Shown here: positions 38,993 to 51,600 of the stretch, piece after piece
Position numbering within the stretch: the first letter of the stretch is position 1
Layout of the letters: every line of letters starts with the position of its first letter
Notes under the pieces: model-generated
Database searches by the model: none
What the model was told of the DNA's origin: nothing
What the model saw: only the letters and a program-made list of their open reading frames with translations
NCBI RefSeq assembly: GCF_009834535.1
Contig: NC_045696.1
Coordinates: forward strand, 10,480,001 to 10,544,000
Source of the DNA: Camelus ferus
Taxonomy: Eukaryota
Reading direction: 5' to 3'
DNA: 64,000 nt
Position numbers and translations under genes: made by a program

Positions 38993-39697
38993 TCATCTCA
39001 TTATATAACCATCCCCAATGTCAACATCTGACTCGGAAGTGTCACTGTGATCAGAAGGAGCATCTTCAGGCCACAGGCACTCCGCGGAGGGGCTGGGGAA
39101 GGGCAGCTGTGTCCCTTCTCCGCGGGCCACCAGAAGGCTCGAGTCTGTTTCAGCGGGACCCTCTGGCATGACAGCCTCTTCTGGAAGAGATGATAACATT
39201 GGAGTGACTTCCGAGTTGTCATCATCCTCGTCGTCAAGGACCCTCACAAGCACTGAGTTCAAATCCACATTGAAGATAATTCTGTCCCCAGAGTCCTCAG
39301 TGGGGCTGCTGCCCTCCTCAGAAAGGGCATCCTGCAGCAGATCCCCACTGACCTCGTGGGCCCCACTTGTGCATTCTGACTGCCAGGGGCTGGGCCCTGG
39401 TGCCATGGCGGCCTCAGTGACAGCCTCAGGCTCGGGCAGGTCTGGCTCCTCGGTGGCCTGGTCACTGCAGTCCTCCAAGGTGGCCGAGGAGGTGGAGGTG
39501 GGCCCCAGGGGCCTGAGTCCATGCATGGTGTAACCACCTGCGCTTACTTGCGGGGCTGTTTCGTCATCGCTGTCACTTTCATCATAACTATAATCCCACA
39601 CTTTCTTCTTTCGGTTGACATGAATGATCTCCACGGTAGCCACTTTTTCCAACGGAGGCAGCTCAGGAAAGACCCAGGCTGACAATTTATAAAAATC
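38993..39697 (-). CDS. IFNAR2: IFNAR2 exon 9 (cytoplasmic domain, to stop)
   Basis: Acceptor (CT)n-T-run-AAG|; [17 protein letters not shown]...DIGDGYIMR*. Confidence 0.96.
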   Translation of the reverse strand, partial: DFYKLSAWVFPELPPLEKVATVEIIHVNRKKKVWDYSYDESDSDDETAPQVSAGGYTMHGLRPLGPTSTSSATLEDCSDQATEEPDLPEPEAVTEAAMAPGPSPWQSECTSGAHEVSGDLLQDALSEEGSSPTEDSGDRIIFNVDLNSVLVRVLDDEDDDNSEVTPMLSSLPEEAVMPEGPAETDSSLLVARGEGTQLPFPSPSAECLWPEDAPSDHSDTSESDVDIGDGYIMR

Positions 39698-42600
39698 CTT
39701 AAAAAAAAAAAAAAAAGAGAGAGAGAGAGAGAGCCTGTCAATTCTGAGTGTTTTCGACATAATAAAACGTAATGAGGTTAATTAACTGCCCCGTGACGGG
39801 GAAGGTGGTGACAATGAGGATGGCATGAGTAACAGCTATTGTCACATAGTGTCTACTATTTGCAGGGCACTGCTCTTAGTCATCTACACGTTATAATTCA
39901 TTCTACCCTCACAGCTGCTCTATGAAGTAGGCTTACGATTCTTATCCCCATTTGACAGATGAGAAAACGAGGCAGAGAGGTTAAGAAACCTGCCCGAGCT
40001 TCAGGAATACTAAGTGGTGGAGGCTGGGGTTGAAAATAGGCAGGCTGCCTGCAGCAGAGACGATGCTCCACTGCCTCCTACTGCTGTCCCCTCGCAGCCT
40101 CTTGCATGTCAGGGGACTCTCTCCATTTAGGCTTGATAGATTTTAACTCTTGATTGCCAAGACATTCTTCAGGGTGTCAGAGAACTGTGGGGGAGGAGAG
40201 ATTCTAGGGATCCAATTCCACTGGGGTCCAAGACCCCTGGACTGGAAGACCTTAAAGATGCAGGTGACCCCTAAAGGGTCACAGATGAGAAGAGTAGGGA
40301 GACTGGACCTTGCTCTGTTCCAGCACCTCCAGGACACAGCAGTGCGAGGTGGGCTAAGGAGACTGGCCACAATGGGGTCATGGTGAGGAGGGTGGTCACG
40401 ATTCCTCTCCCAGACCTGGAATCATCATGACACCGTCCTCCTCTCTATTCTGCTCAGGCTGCCCAATTTGACAAATCTACTCCTCCCCCACTCTCTCCAG
40501 ACCCAGCCTTGAGGAGAATTGTTCTATTGGGTTGTTCATATTTTTACTTATTGATTCATAGGGGCTCTTTATATAATCTGGATGCTAATTGTTTGTTGAT
40601 TATTTATGTTACATGTATTTTCCCACAGTCTGTGGTTTAACATTTTACTTTCTTTATGATGACATTCAGTGGAAAGAAATTCTCAATTTTAATGTAAGAA
40701 AATGTATAAATTTTCTTTCTTCATGGTTTTTGCTGAATCTTCTTTACCCTAAAGTAAGAATCTCCTATATTGCCTTCCAAAACTTAACAATTTTGCCTTT
40801 CACATTAAGTGGTTAATATGCCTGAAACTGATGTTTGTGTATTGTGTGAAGTAGGGATCCAATTTCATATCCCCCCTGTACAGATAACATTTATTGACCT
40901 GTCAATCCTTTTCCCACTTTTCAGACTTTAAGCTCCACAAGAGCATGTTTTTTTGTTTTATTCACATCTATATCCCCAGCACCTATGGCATGTGGACACA
41001 CAGTAAATAGACAACACATGTTTATTGCTGAAAAAAGAAGAGGGAGAAGAAAGAGGAGAAAAAGGAAAGAAAGAAAAGAAAAGACAATGTTTAAAATTTT
41101 AAACATATATTCTTGATTAAATGTACATACACAAACATACTAGACCTAGGTCTTCTGTTTTACTATTCCTAGAATTTTTATTTAAACACAGAGTAACGCT
41201 TTTTAATGGAGAAATATTAGACAGACACAAGGTAACACCACCTCCTGTCATTACTTGAGCTTAACACACTAAGAGGTACAAATATAATTGGTATATAATT
41301 TGGGTGCATTTTAAAGACTGGAGGAACCCAGGGAGACCTAAGAGGAGGGTTAGTAATGAGTTTAGGTAATTCAGGAGAAGATTATCTAGGAGGGGATGGG
41401 TGTGGTGCTAGGGACCTTTATCTCTCAAGGCTGCATGAGAAATAGGAGTTGGAGTGGGGTTTACACAAGTCCTCAGGGCCAAAGCAACACATGACAGATA
41501 AGAGTTGCAGCAAAGGCTGAGAGTAAGCCTGCAACTGAACACTGCAAAGATAAAAGTTACACTGATAGAGAAAAAACAACCACTCTTGCAAGACAGAGAT
41601 CACAGGGTGGATGAAATCCCAACACAGGTCCATCTATATACCTCATGATGCCAGCCAGGTTCAACCTGTAAATAAACAGGTTTACCACTTGTAAATAAAA
41701 ACTTCAAAATCACCCCCTCTCCTGTCCTGGCCAACCCTCCTTCCACAACCCAACCTGAACAAATAAGAACAACAAGAAAAAGAAGAGAACACTTTTATCA
41801 CCCATGGAGGGATATTTATTTGTGGCTGTTAAAAAATTAGAAGAGTAAGGTGAGTGAGTTCAAACATAGAAAAATAAGATATTTCTGAATGAGAAATTAT
41901 AAAACTAATGTACAAGGAAAGCGATGGAACAGAGAAAAGGAAATGATGGGTAAAAGTGAGTCAAAACACGTAAGGTTTTAGAAACAGGTCACATCAATAC
42001 CTAGACTCGGCTGAGTGTTAGAGGCTCTGTCTGAGCAGGAAGAGCGTGTCTTAGGAAACACCGGGACAGCACCAAGATGAACAAAGTGGCAGGTTTCACT
42101 AGTAATTAACACGAATCAGAGTGACTGAGGGGGACTGTTACAATACGACAAATGAACGAAAGGAGTAAAGATGATTAATCACTGTCAGCAGAGCTCTGCA
42201 GAAGTGTGGACACTTCTGTATTGACGTGATAAATTACACACGTTTCATCTAAGATAAATCCACTTTGTGTATATATCCCACTGAAGTAATCCAAACTAAA
42301 AAGATAATCTGTATAAAAATGTTCATTGCATTATTCAAAATGGCCAGAGAAAGAAAATAAAATAAAAGAAAAGACAAGACAAGAAGTGAAAAAGAAATCA
42401 TTCCAAAGGCCAAACAGCTGGGGAAATGATTAAGGGAAAAATGATACATTAATAACAATGGAACATTATGTGATTATTAAAAATCATATGTGGACAAAAG
42501 AAAGTATAAAATGCAAAATATAGCTTATAGGGATGGAAAAGAACCACCCAGAGTGATAAACCACCTTGTTCTTTTGAGAAAATGGAATTTTCTTCTGTGA

Positions 42601-45600
42601 AAATATTTAAGCATATAATAAAATTTCTTAAGTTAAACCGAAAAATTAGGAATTAAAAAAAAAGAAAAACGACATACCAAAACTTTGGGGAAGTCGTTTC
42701 TTAAGCATATATAACCAATCCGTTTCAGTATCATTATGGTGCTTATGAAGACAGCAACTATTAAAAACAGAGTAATTATTCCTCCTATTGTGGCAGATTC
42801 TGACGACTCTGTTGATGAAAAATTAAATGGCTTTATTTCAAAATAAATTCAAGGAACAATCGCAGCTGGGAACAAAGGCACATTGATCTATCGGAGGTGG
42901 AGGGGTTTATCAAGGGAGCAAAAGTTGGAAAAACTATTGTTAAATACAAAGGAATGGAAAGTAATCCAAGTATACTTTTTAAAAAATGGATACAAATGAC
43001 AGATTCAGTTTTTAAAAGTGAAAATTTTTTTTCCGGTTGATAATTATGCTCTATGACTGCACCATCCAATATGGTAGCCATTAGCCACATAAGACCATTT
43101 AAATGTGAATTACAAAACAAAACAAAACTGTTTCTGAGTCACAAGAGCCACATCTCAAATGCCCAATAGCCACAAGTTAGCATGCACCGCAGACAGGCAG
43201 GAAGGGGAGTTTGCCTGAAGAAAACAACCAGGTCACTTGGAAGCTGGACTTTGGCCATGCCAGGACCCAAAATCAGGGCTCTGCAAAACTTGCTTTGTCC
43301 TATTATGAGTTCTCCTTTAGTTTTGTGTCAAAATTACTTCTGGAAGATTTCAATTTTCTCAATAAAAATAGCTTTTTTTCCATAAATCTGACTGGACTGA
43401 GAAGAAATCAATAGTTACATAAGTAAGGCGCTCTTAAATTTCCAGGAAGAATTTTATTAATATTAATCCTATAACCACAGCCTCAGGCAACATAGCTACA
43501 GAAGAGAAAAAATGTGAAGATGGGTCACATATTTTAAAAGTCTTTCAGAAGGTTAAAGAATGAATAGAAAGAAACTTCAGTGAAATCTTAGATGGCAGAA
43601 GACTCATGAACCCTCTCTCATTTCCAACCACAATGAAGGAAGGAGTGTCTTATCAATGGCAGCTCTAGAATCAGATTTAGCCATGTAGGCGCACCTTTAT
43701 AGTACAAAATTCCTACACGTATAGCATCTACATTCCTGAAAAGGATTCTGTGAGCCAAAGTGACTTCCTAGGAGGAGCAATGATGTAATGGGATTCTGAC
43801 CCAAGAGGCCCCTCCTCCTCTCCTGCGCCAGTGAGTCACTTGAACTAGAATTTAGGTTTTAGGCTTGGCTTCTAGGGAATGTAAACAAAATGCCATCCTA
43901 TTTAAGAGACCCACCACCCTCTCCCTTTTACCTACCCCCTCACCCCCACCTCTCCCCCACTTCCTGCTTAATTTTTCTCCAAAGCACGTATCATCACTTA
44001 ATACACTGCATATTTTACATATATATTTTACTTGTTAAATCTTGTTTTTTTGTCTCCCTATTGCAATGTCAGCTCCATAAGGTCAGGAATTTTTATCTAT
44101 TTTGTTCACGATGTATCTAGTATCTAGATACGATCTAGAAGAGAATCTGACACAGAGTTGGCTCCACTAAATATGTGTCAAATGGAATTAACACAGCATT
44201 CCCTCAGGACCTTGCTGAAAAAAAGCCAACCAATTAATTTAAAGTTTGACAAAGGGGAAGTCATTTCTCCAGATCTCTGGACTAAATACCCCTCATACCA
44301 GTACTGCTTTAAGATACCAGTGTTCACTGCTGAGTCTGAGTAAGTTAACTCTGGTCCCAAATCATCCTTCAAGAATCACCCCACCATCCAAACCTACTTG
44401 GTCCCTGAATTTGGGCTAGTTGAGAGTAGTTCACATGGTGAGCTGGGACAGTGAAAGGGGCTACATTATCTGAAACTACTTGGTTCTTGAAGTTTCAGAC
44501 GAGAATCGGGACATGAAATATTTTATCCAAATCAATGAGGCATACCTGTGCTTTAACTGTCTTGGGTAATGATAAAAGAATGGAGGCTGACAGTATGCAA
44601 ATGAAATGTTCACACCCAGGAAACATGCAGTGCTGCGACAGCATGCTGTTGTATGGCCGTTTCTCAGCGAGTGAAACAGAAAAGTCAGGAGAGAAACTGA
44701 ATCATCACAGAGCAAGTACATCAACTTCTAAACAAGCTGCGCTTTTGTTCAGGCTTGCATTCCCTTTTCAAGTGAGGACTGAGTTTCAGCAAACCATCGT
44801 CTGTCATGTCACATTACTAATCTGAGTTTTTATTGTTGTGATATTGTGATTTCTAGCAAGAAATACATATTTGGTCTTTGTTCCCAATTCTGAAACCCTT
44901 AGAATTTAATTTCCTGAGTGATAAGGGCCAAGAAACTGAAAGGAGCATTTTTTTGTTATTTATAACAAGCTCTTTTCAAACTCACTTGAGTTTATGTTAA
45001 TGAGGTGACTTTTGGAAAGCCCCAGAGGATGGGGGTTGGTTGCCAGGGGAATCAACTCTGTGATTTAGAGGGTTGGAACTTTCAGCTCCACCCCTTGATC
45101 TCTGGGGAGGAGAAAGGGACTGGAGGTTGCAGTAATCACCAATGGCCAAGGATTTAATCAGTCATGTCTACATAATGAAGCCTCCATAAAAATCCTAAAT
45201 GATGGGGTTGGGAAAGCTTCTGAGTTGGTGAACACATGGAGGTGCTGGGAGGGTGGCGTGTCCAGAGAGGGCATGGAAGTCCAAGCCCCTTCCCCATATC
45301 TTGCCCTATGGATCCCTTTCTTTTGGCTGTTTCTGAGTTGTAACCTTTTATAATAAACCAGGAATCTAGTAAACTGTTTTCCTCGAGTTCTGTGAGCCAT
45401 TCTAACAAATTATCAAGGCCAAGAAGGGGACTGTGGGAATCTCAGATTTAGCGTAGGTTGGTCAGAATCCATGTGACAACTTGAACCTGTGACTGGCCTT
45501 TGAAGGGGAGGGGGCAGTCTTGTGGGACTGAGCCCTTAACCTGTGGGATCCGATGCTATCGCCAGGCACATAGTTCAGAGTTGAACTAAATTGTAGGATA

Positions 45601-48600
45601 CTGAGCTGATTGGAAGAATTGTTTGGTGTGGGAAAAAAACCTCCAAACATTTTAAGTAGAGAAGTATTCTGTGAGCAGAGGAGAAATAATTTCTCCATTC
45701 AACTGTTTTATAGTTTGTTCATAAGATCATGGTATCTTCACCATCATCATCAAATCTGACCTTTGTCCCTGGCTCTTGGCACAGAACTTCAAAAACCCTT
45801 GGGATCTCTTCAGTGATAGGAGCATCTTTTGGGGGACCATATCTGAGTTTACGTTAATGAGGTGAACTTCTGGACCTTCTGGTCCCAGCCTTGACCTCTA
45901 GAGAAGGGAGAGGGGCTGGAGATTCAATCAATCTCCGTTGGCCAATGATTTAATTAATCATGCCTATGCAATGAAACCCAACAAAAACTCTGGCAGCCAG
46001 GCTTGGGGAGCTTCCGGTCAGTGAACATATCGAAGTATGGGGAGTGTGGTGTATGCCAGCTCAGTGAGGACAGAAGCTCCTGCACTCGGAAATTTCCAGA
46101 CTATGTATCTCTTCATTGAGCTGTTCGTCTCCTTTACAACAAAATGGTAATGGTAAGTATAGCATTTTCCTGAGTTCTATGAGTTGTCCTAGCAAATTAT
46201 TAGTGACTTCCCCAAGAAAATAATCAGCAATGGATGTTCCTAAGTCCGATTAATTGTTCTCACTGCAAACTATTCCAAGGAAGACGGTTCAGGGAGCACA
46301 CCGTTTACTATTCTGACGCTGTGGCAGCAGAAGGACTTTCAGCCTTCATCAGTGACTGTCTCATCCATCCTGGCAAGTTTCTCTCTCTTCTATGAGCTAT
46401 AGTCAACCTTCCCTGGAGCCAGGACACATCCATGAACCTCATCTCATCCATCATTCCACCCTTTGATACCTCTGCACGCAGTTGCTCCCAGCAACCCAGT
46501 CTCCTCCAGCACTGGGCTCGAAGAATGGCCAAACTAAGGGCACCCAGAACCAGACTTGATCCTAACACCCTGAAATAAAAGCGTCTCCATTCAGGAGGAT
46601 TTCTGACCTTATAAAGGAAGATACCTGATCATCCCCATGGTAAGGCATCATAAAAGTGAATCCACCACATGGTAGAGACGGACCAACAGAAAACATCTCT
46701 GTGCTATGCCTTTGTTGGAAGAAATACCTTTAGTGCTCCACAACTTTCGGATTCTTTTCTCTAAATATATTTCCCCTCAGGGTAAAAGTAAAATATGAAT
46801 TTTTCGAAAATTGTCATACCTGATTCCTGTCCAGGTTGAAGAAGGGTACATTTTAAGGGAGATCTATTAATTTTTTCCGGATCTTTAGGCTCAAAATAAA
46901 CAGATACACAGTAGTTTATGTTTGGGATTAACTTGTTGATGACATAATTGAAATTTTCAGTAATGTTTCCATTTACTTCAGGTTTATACTGTAAAAATAA
47001 GCAAAAAATCAGTAGGACTTTAGAGTGAGAATTTCATCTAGAGGCAGGCCCTAAGACAGTCTTCGGGGATTTGTCTTCAGATCTTACACAGAGTTAGAAA
47101 TATCATAGGCTTGGCAAGAAAAAGTATTTATGAGTCACCCAGGTAAGCAATTTATCACAAAACTACATGTACCTGTACACACACACACACACACACATGT
47201 GCACAGATTTTTAAACCATGAAATCTAGTCTAGCAAATTCCTTTTACAAATGAGGAAGAAAAATCCCAGTGTGGAAAATCTCCATGGTGTCATTTTTAAA
47301 ATAAGATAATCTTGCAAAAATAAGATAATAAGATTATCCTATTTCATTAACGATACATATTTATGCTTCAGAAAGTGCTTTTATTAACTCATCTGATTAT
47401 CAAAAGAGTCTGAAAAGTAGGCATTATTCCCACCCTCCAGATGAGGAATCTGCAGCCTGGAGTGGCCAAGGAAACTCCTGAAGGCCACACAGTGTGTCTG
47501 TGGCAGAACTGAGACTGAGGTCAAGTCCCCCGTCTTTCCCCTTAAGACATTCTGCCTCTCTCTCCCCACCCAGTTCTGCTCCATTTTGGGATTAAAGAGA
47601 TTATATGAAGGTTCTTTCACCAAGAATAACTTTTGTATAATGTGTTGTAGTTTTCAAAGTACGTTCTTACCACTAGTTTTATAAATTGGGGTTTCCAGCA
47701 GTTCAAATATAGCCTTTCAGAATAATGTTTTTTGCAACTTTCTTTTCAAAAGGAGGAGGAATCATTTTTTAACCACCTCCTCCCCTCCAAACAAACTAAA
47801 AGAGGATGCAAACAAGCGATGAGGAAGAAAAGGGTCTGAAGCAGAAGCAGTGTCATGGTGAGAGGGCTCTTGCCTCAAAGGGAAAGAGTAAAATGGTAGC
47901 AGAGGGTCAGAGCATCTAGTTTCCCACACTTGGTGTGGTCATCGTGCGGCCTTAAGTCTGCAGTGTTTGCTTCCTGTTGAACCAGGTAAAGGGAAGCTCC
48001 CTCCCTCTGTGCCTTTGGACTCTGCCTCCCCAACCATGACTCAGGTATGGTTCTTCCTCTGAGCCAAGGAACCCCCTTCTCGTGCTCAGAAGATCCTGTC
48101 CACTCTCATCTCCTCCAGGACATTGCTCCAGCAACGCTCCCCACACCCCAAAGGAATATCCCCTCTGCAAACCAACATGCTGTCGTTTCTCCCGTCTTAA
48201 AAAGTCCCTCCCTTGACCCCACGTTCCCGTCCAGGGACCACAGCATCTCTTTCTTTCCCTTTATAGAAAAACTCCTTTCTCACTACTCAATTCGTAGTCC
48301 TCTTCTAACTTGTCCCATTTATAGCACATCTGATACTCTCCTGGAACTTTCTTCTCTCAGCAACCAGGACTTTACTCTCAGAGTTCTCCTCCTGCCATGC
48401 TGGTTAGTCTTGCTTCGTTTTGTGTGCTATTTCCTCCTCATTTGACAGATCTCCACATCTTGGAATCTTCCAGGGCTCTGCCCCTGGACAGCTCTTCTCT
48501 CTGCAGGGCCACTCCTGGGTGATCTCACCTGGTTTCAAAGCACTCAATACACACCCAAAAGCCGATGGCTCCACAGGACAATTCTCTAGGTGGGAGCTCT

Positions 48601-51600
48601 CCCCTAAACTCCAGACTCAGTACATCCACTCCTACTCACCATCTCCCCCTGGATAACTTACAGGTTCCTCAAACTGAACAGGCCCAAAGCTGAGCTACAG
48701 ATATCTAGCCATCCAACTGCTCTGTCCATAATCCCCCCTATTTTAATTAATGGCAACTCCATCTACCCAGGTGCTCATGCTGAAAGGACTGGGGTTCTTC
48801 ACTTGTCTCCTCCTTCACCACACTGCACATCCAATCTGTTCCACTTGCAAAATATATGCAGAATTTGACCACTTCTCACTACTGCTAAGTGGTCCAAGCC
48901 ACCACCATCTGTCACCTGGACTATACCAATAGCCTCTTTTCTTTCCCCTCTTGCTTGAATTTAAAGACTAATTTTCTTTAATGAAGAAGATGCTTATTAA
49001 CTGTAGTTTTCCTCTCACAGTGTTTTCAATATCTTAATAAGCATAGGTCTCTTATTTTAGAAATAATAATCTAAAACAGAGAGTTAGCAGCTTCATGGGC
49101 TGAGTACAGATTAGATGCGACGGGGCTATGGATAGTTAATGAAACTTGATAGTGTCTCCGAGATACACAAGCTTTTATTTTTTTCTGTTATTTTTGCTCT
49201 CTTTTCCTAATCAACTATTTAGGGTGTTGATTATAATCCAGGTGCATATTAAAGGAAAAGTTATACTAATGATAGAATTTGCTCTTTCTATGAAGTAGTT
49301 ACCATCCTGACAGTCTCTTAAATGGTCTCCCAACTTCTACTTTTAGTCCCTATGGTTTATTCTTAACCCACCAGCCAGGATGTCCTGTTAAGTCCTTGGG
49401 TCCTCCAGTGGCTTCTATCACACCCTGAAGACTTGGATCCACAAAGCCCTACAAAATCTGGCCCTATTACCTCCCTGACCTTACCTCCTTCTATTCTTCA
49501 TTCCAGCCCTCTGCCGTTTCTCAAACCCCCTGGGCCCACTCCAGCCTCAGGACCTTTGGCTTCTGGCCTATGCCCTGTGTCTGAAATGCATGCCCTTGCT
49601 TCTGATACCTTGTGGGCCGGTCTCAGTTGCAAGGGTTTTATAATCAGCCAAGGGCTATGCAGACACAAGCTGCCGCTACAGCAGGGCCCAGTTGTGAGCA
49701 CAGTTTGTCTGTTTTCACGCCAGCATTCTGAGGGATCGAGAGAACACATAATTGAAGATTTGGATCTGTCTGATCCCAGGATCATCTTTGAGTTTAGCGA
49801 TACTCAATTAGGTCCTTCGGGAAAATCAGGAGGGGACAGAATCACTGGAAAGAGCCACTTCCCTTACATGTATGAGGGCTGGAGTGGTAGAGACATGCTC
49901 TTTATGAGTAGCTCAGCTAAACCAACCCCTTCCGAAGAAGATCTTGCCCTGGCGTGCTGGAATCTGGCTGTTCCCCCTGTCTACACCGCACACACCACGC
50001 ATTTCCACAATGGATGAACCACAGAGACTTCTTTCCTGAAGTCAAGCCACAATGAAGCCCAGACCCTTCTGTTTCAATTCTTCAAATCATTACAGATGTC
50101 TTTTATTTTTTTTAAAGAGTGCTAAATGTATTCCCTGCCAACTCAGAACTGTTTTGACCACTTACCTTCTTAACAATCCCCCCTGACTGTTCTTCGATGA
50201 CGTGTGCTAAGTAAAACTGTAATTCTTCTCCATCTAGTATCTTGGGAGCGACCGACTGAAATTTCACTTTCACATTAATGTGGTCCGTAAAATCGACAAT
50301 CTCAAACTCTGGTGGGTCCAAAGACATTGCTTAGAAAACAAAACAAACCGCAGGGTCAGTCAATAATAGCATAACAGAAAAACTGCCATTATCGTGATAC
50401 AAACATGCCTCTTTTCAGCTGTCTTCTTTTCAACTGCCTATGGCCCTCACTGAGGCATGGGTCATATATTTTTTTATTGGTGAAAAACTGAGAACAGTAA
50501 AAGTGAAGTGATGTGTCTAACATTAGCACAAGAAATGGAGGACAGATTTTGGAATGAAAGTTGGTACTTGCCCCAATTTTTAGGTGGTATTCTAAACACA
50601 AGAGTGAAATAACTTCTTTTCAAATAATAACAATAATACATACATACAGACAGGCAATTGTCCCTGAATGTGGTTAACCATCTTTTGTCTATGCTGTATG
50701 TGTATAAATATATATACACGTATATAAACTAAACTGAACTCACAGACACACATATCTAAACTAAAATTAAAATCATTCTTAATCACATAGTTTTGCCTGG
50801 TATGTTTTCACTTATTTCATAAACATATTAATGCATGTTTATCTACATCAAGAGATGGCAAACTATGACCTATGCGTTAGATTTTGCACAGCCTGCAAGT
50901 TCAGAATCGTTTTTTATATTTTAAAGGGTTGTAAATAAATGAAGAAGGCTATGTGACAGAGATTGTATAGGGCCCACAAAGTCTCAACATGCTTCTTCTC
51001 TGGCCCTTTAGAGAAAGTCACCCACCCTGATCTTCAGCATAATTTTTCACAGCTAATTCTATTCCACTAAGTGGTTGCACTATGATTTAGTTGATTCACT
51101 CTTTTGAACACTTAGATTGGCGCTAAGTTTTCTGAATAGAGTCTATATATCAATGAGTGTTCTTGGAACTCAATTTTTGCATCTGGATATAATTATTTCT
51201 CAAGGACAAATTACAGAGGATTCTGGATTAGAGCAGGCAAGTGTTAAGGTTTTCCATACATACTGCCACATACCCTTCAACCAGGCTGTGCCAAAGTATA
51301 CTCCCTGCGTTTCCACTAAATCTGGGTATTTACATATTTTTAAAATATTTACCATTTTGAGCCTTGAAAAATGCTATCTCATTATTACTTTAATATACAT
51401 TCCTTAACTGTCTGAATACCACGTTCCATAAGTTGTGCTTTTCTTTCTTTTCTATGTGGACACATGCGATCCCACGAATCCAGAGAATCTCCTAAGTATC
51501 GAGGTTTGCTACCGTGGGCTTCAGTTCTCATCACTTTGCTAAGTGCGCGTGTGTGAGTGCACGCCCACACAGCCTTTACCAGGAAGCTGAAGCTGAATCT

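Noticed and set aside
37900..42677. Equivalent of the human Alu-derived short IFNAR2 isoform
   Set aside because: No Alu or young SINE is present in intron 8 or the 3' UTR; Alu is primate-specific.
49433..50017. 194-aa plus-strand ORF
   Set aside because: Starts at TTG inside an L2 relic, is antisense to an intron and shows no recognisable protein features.
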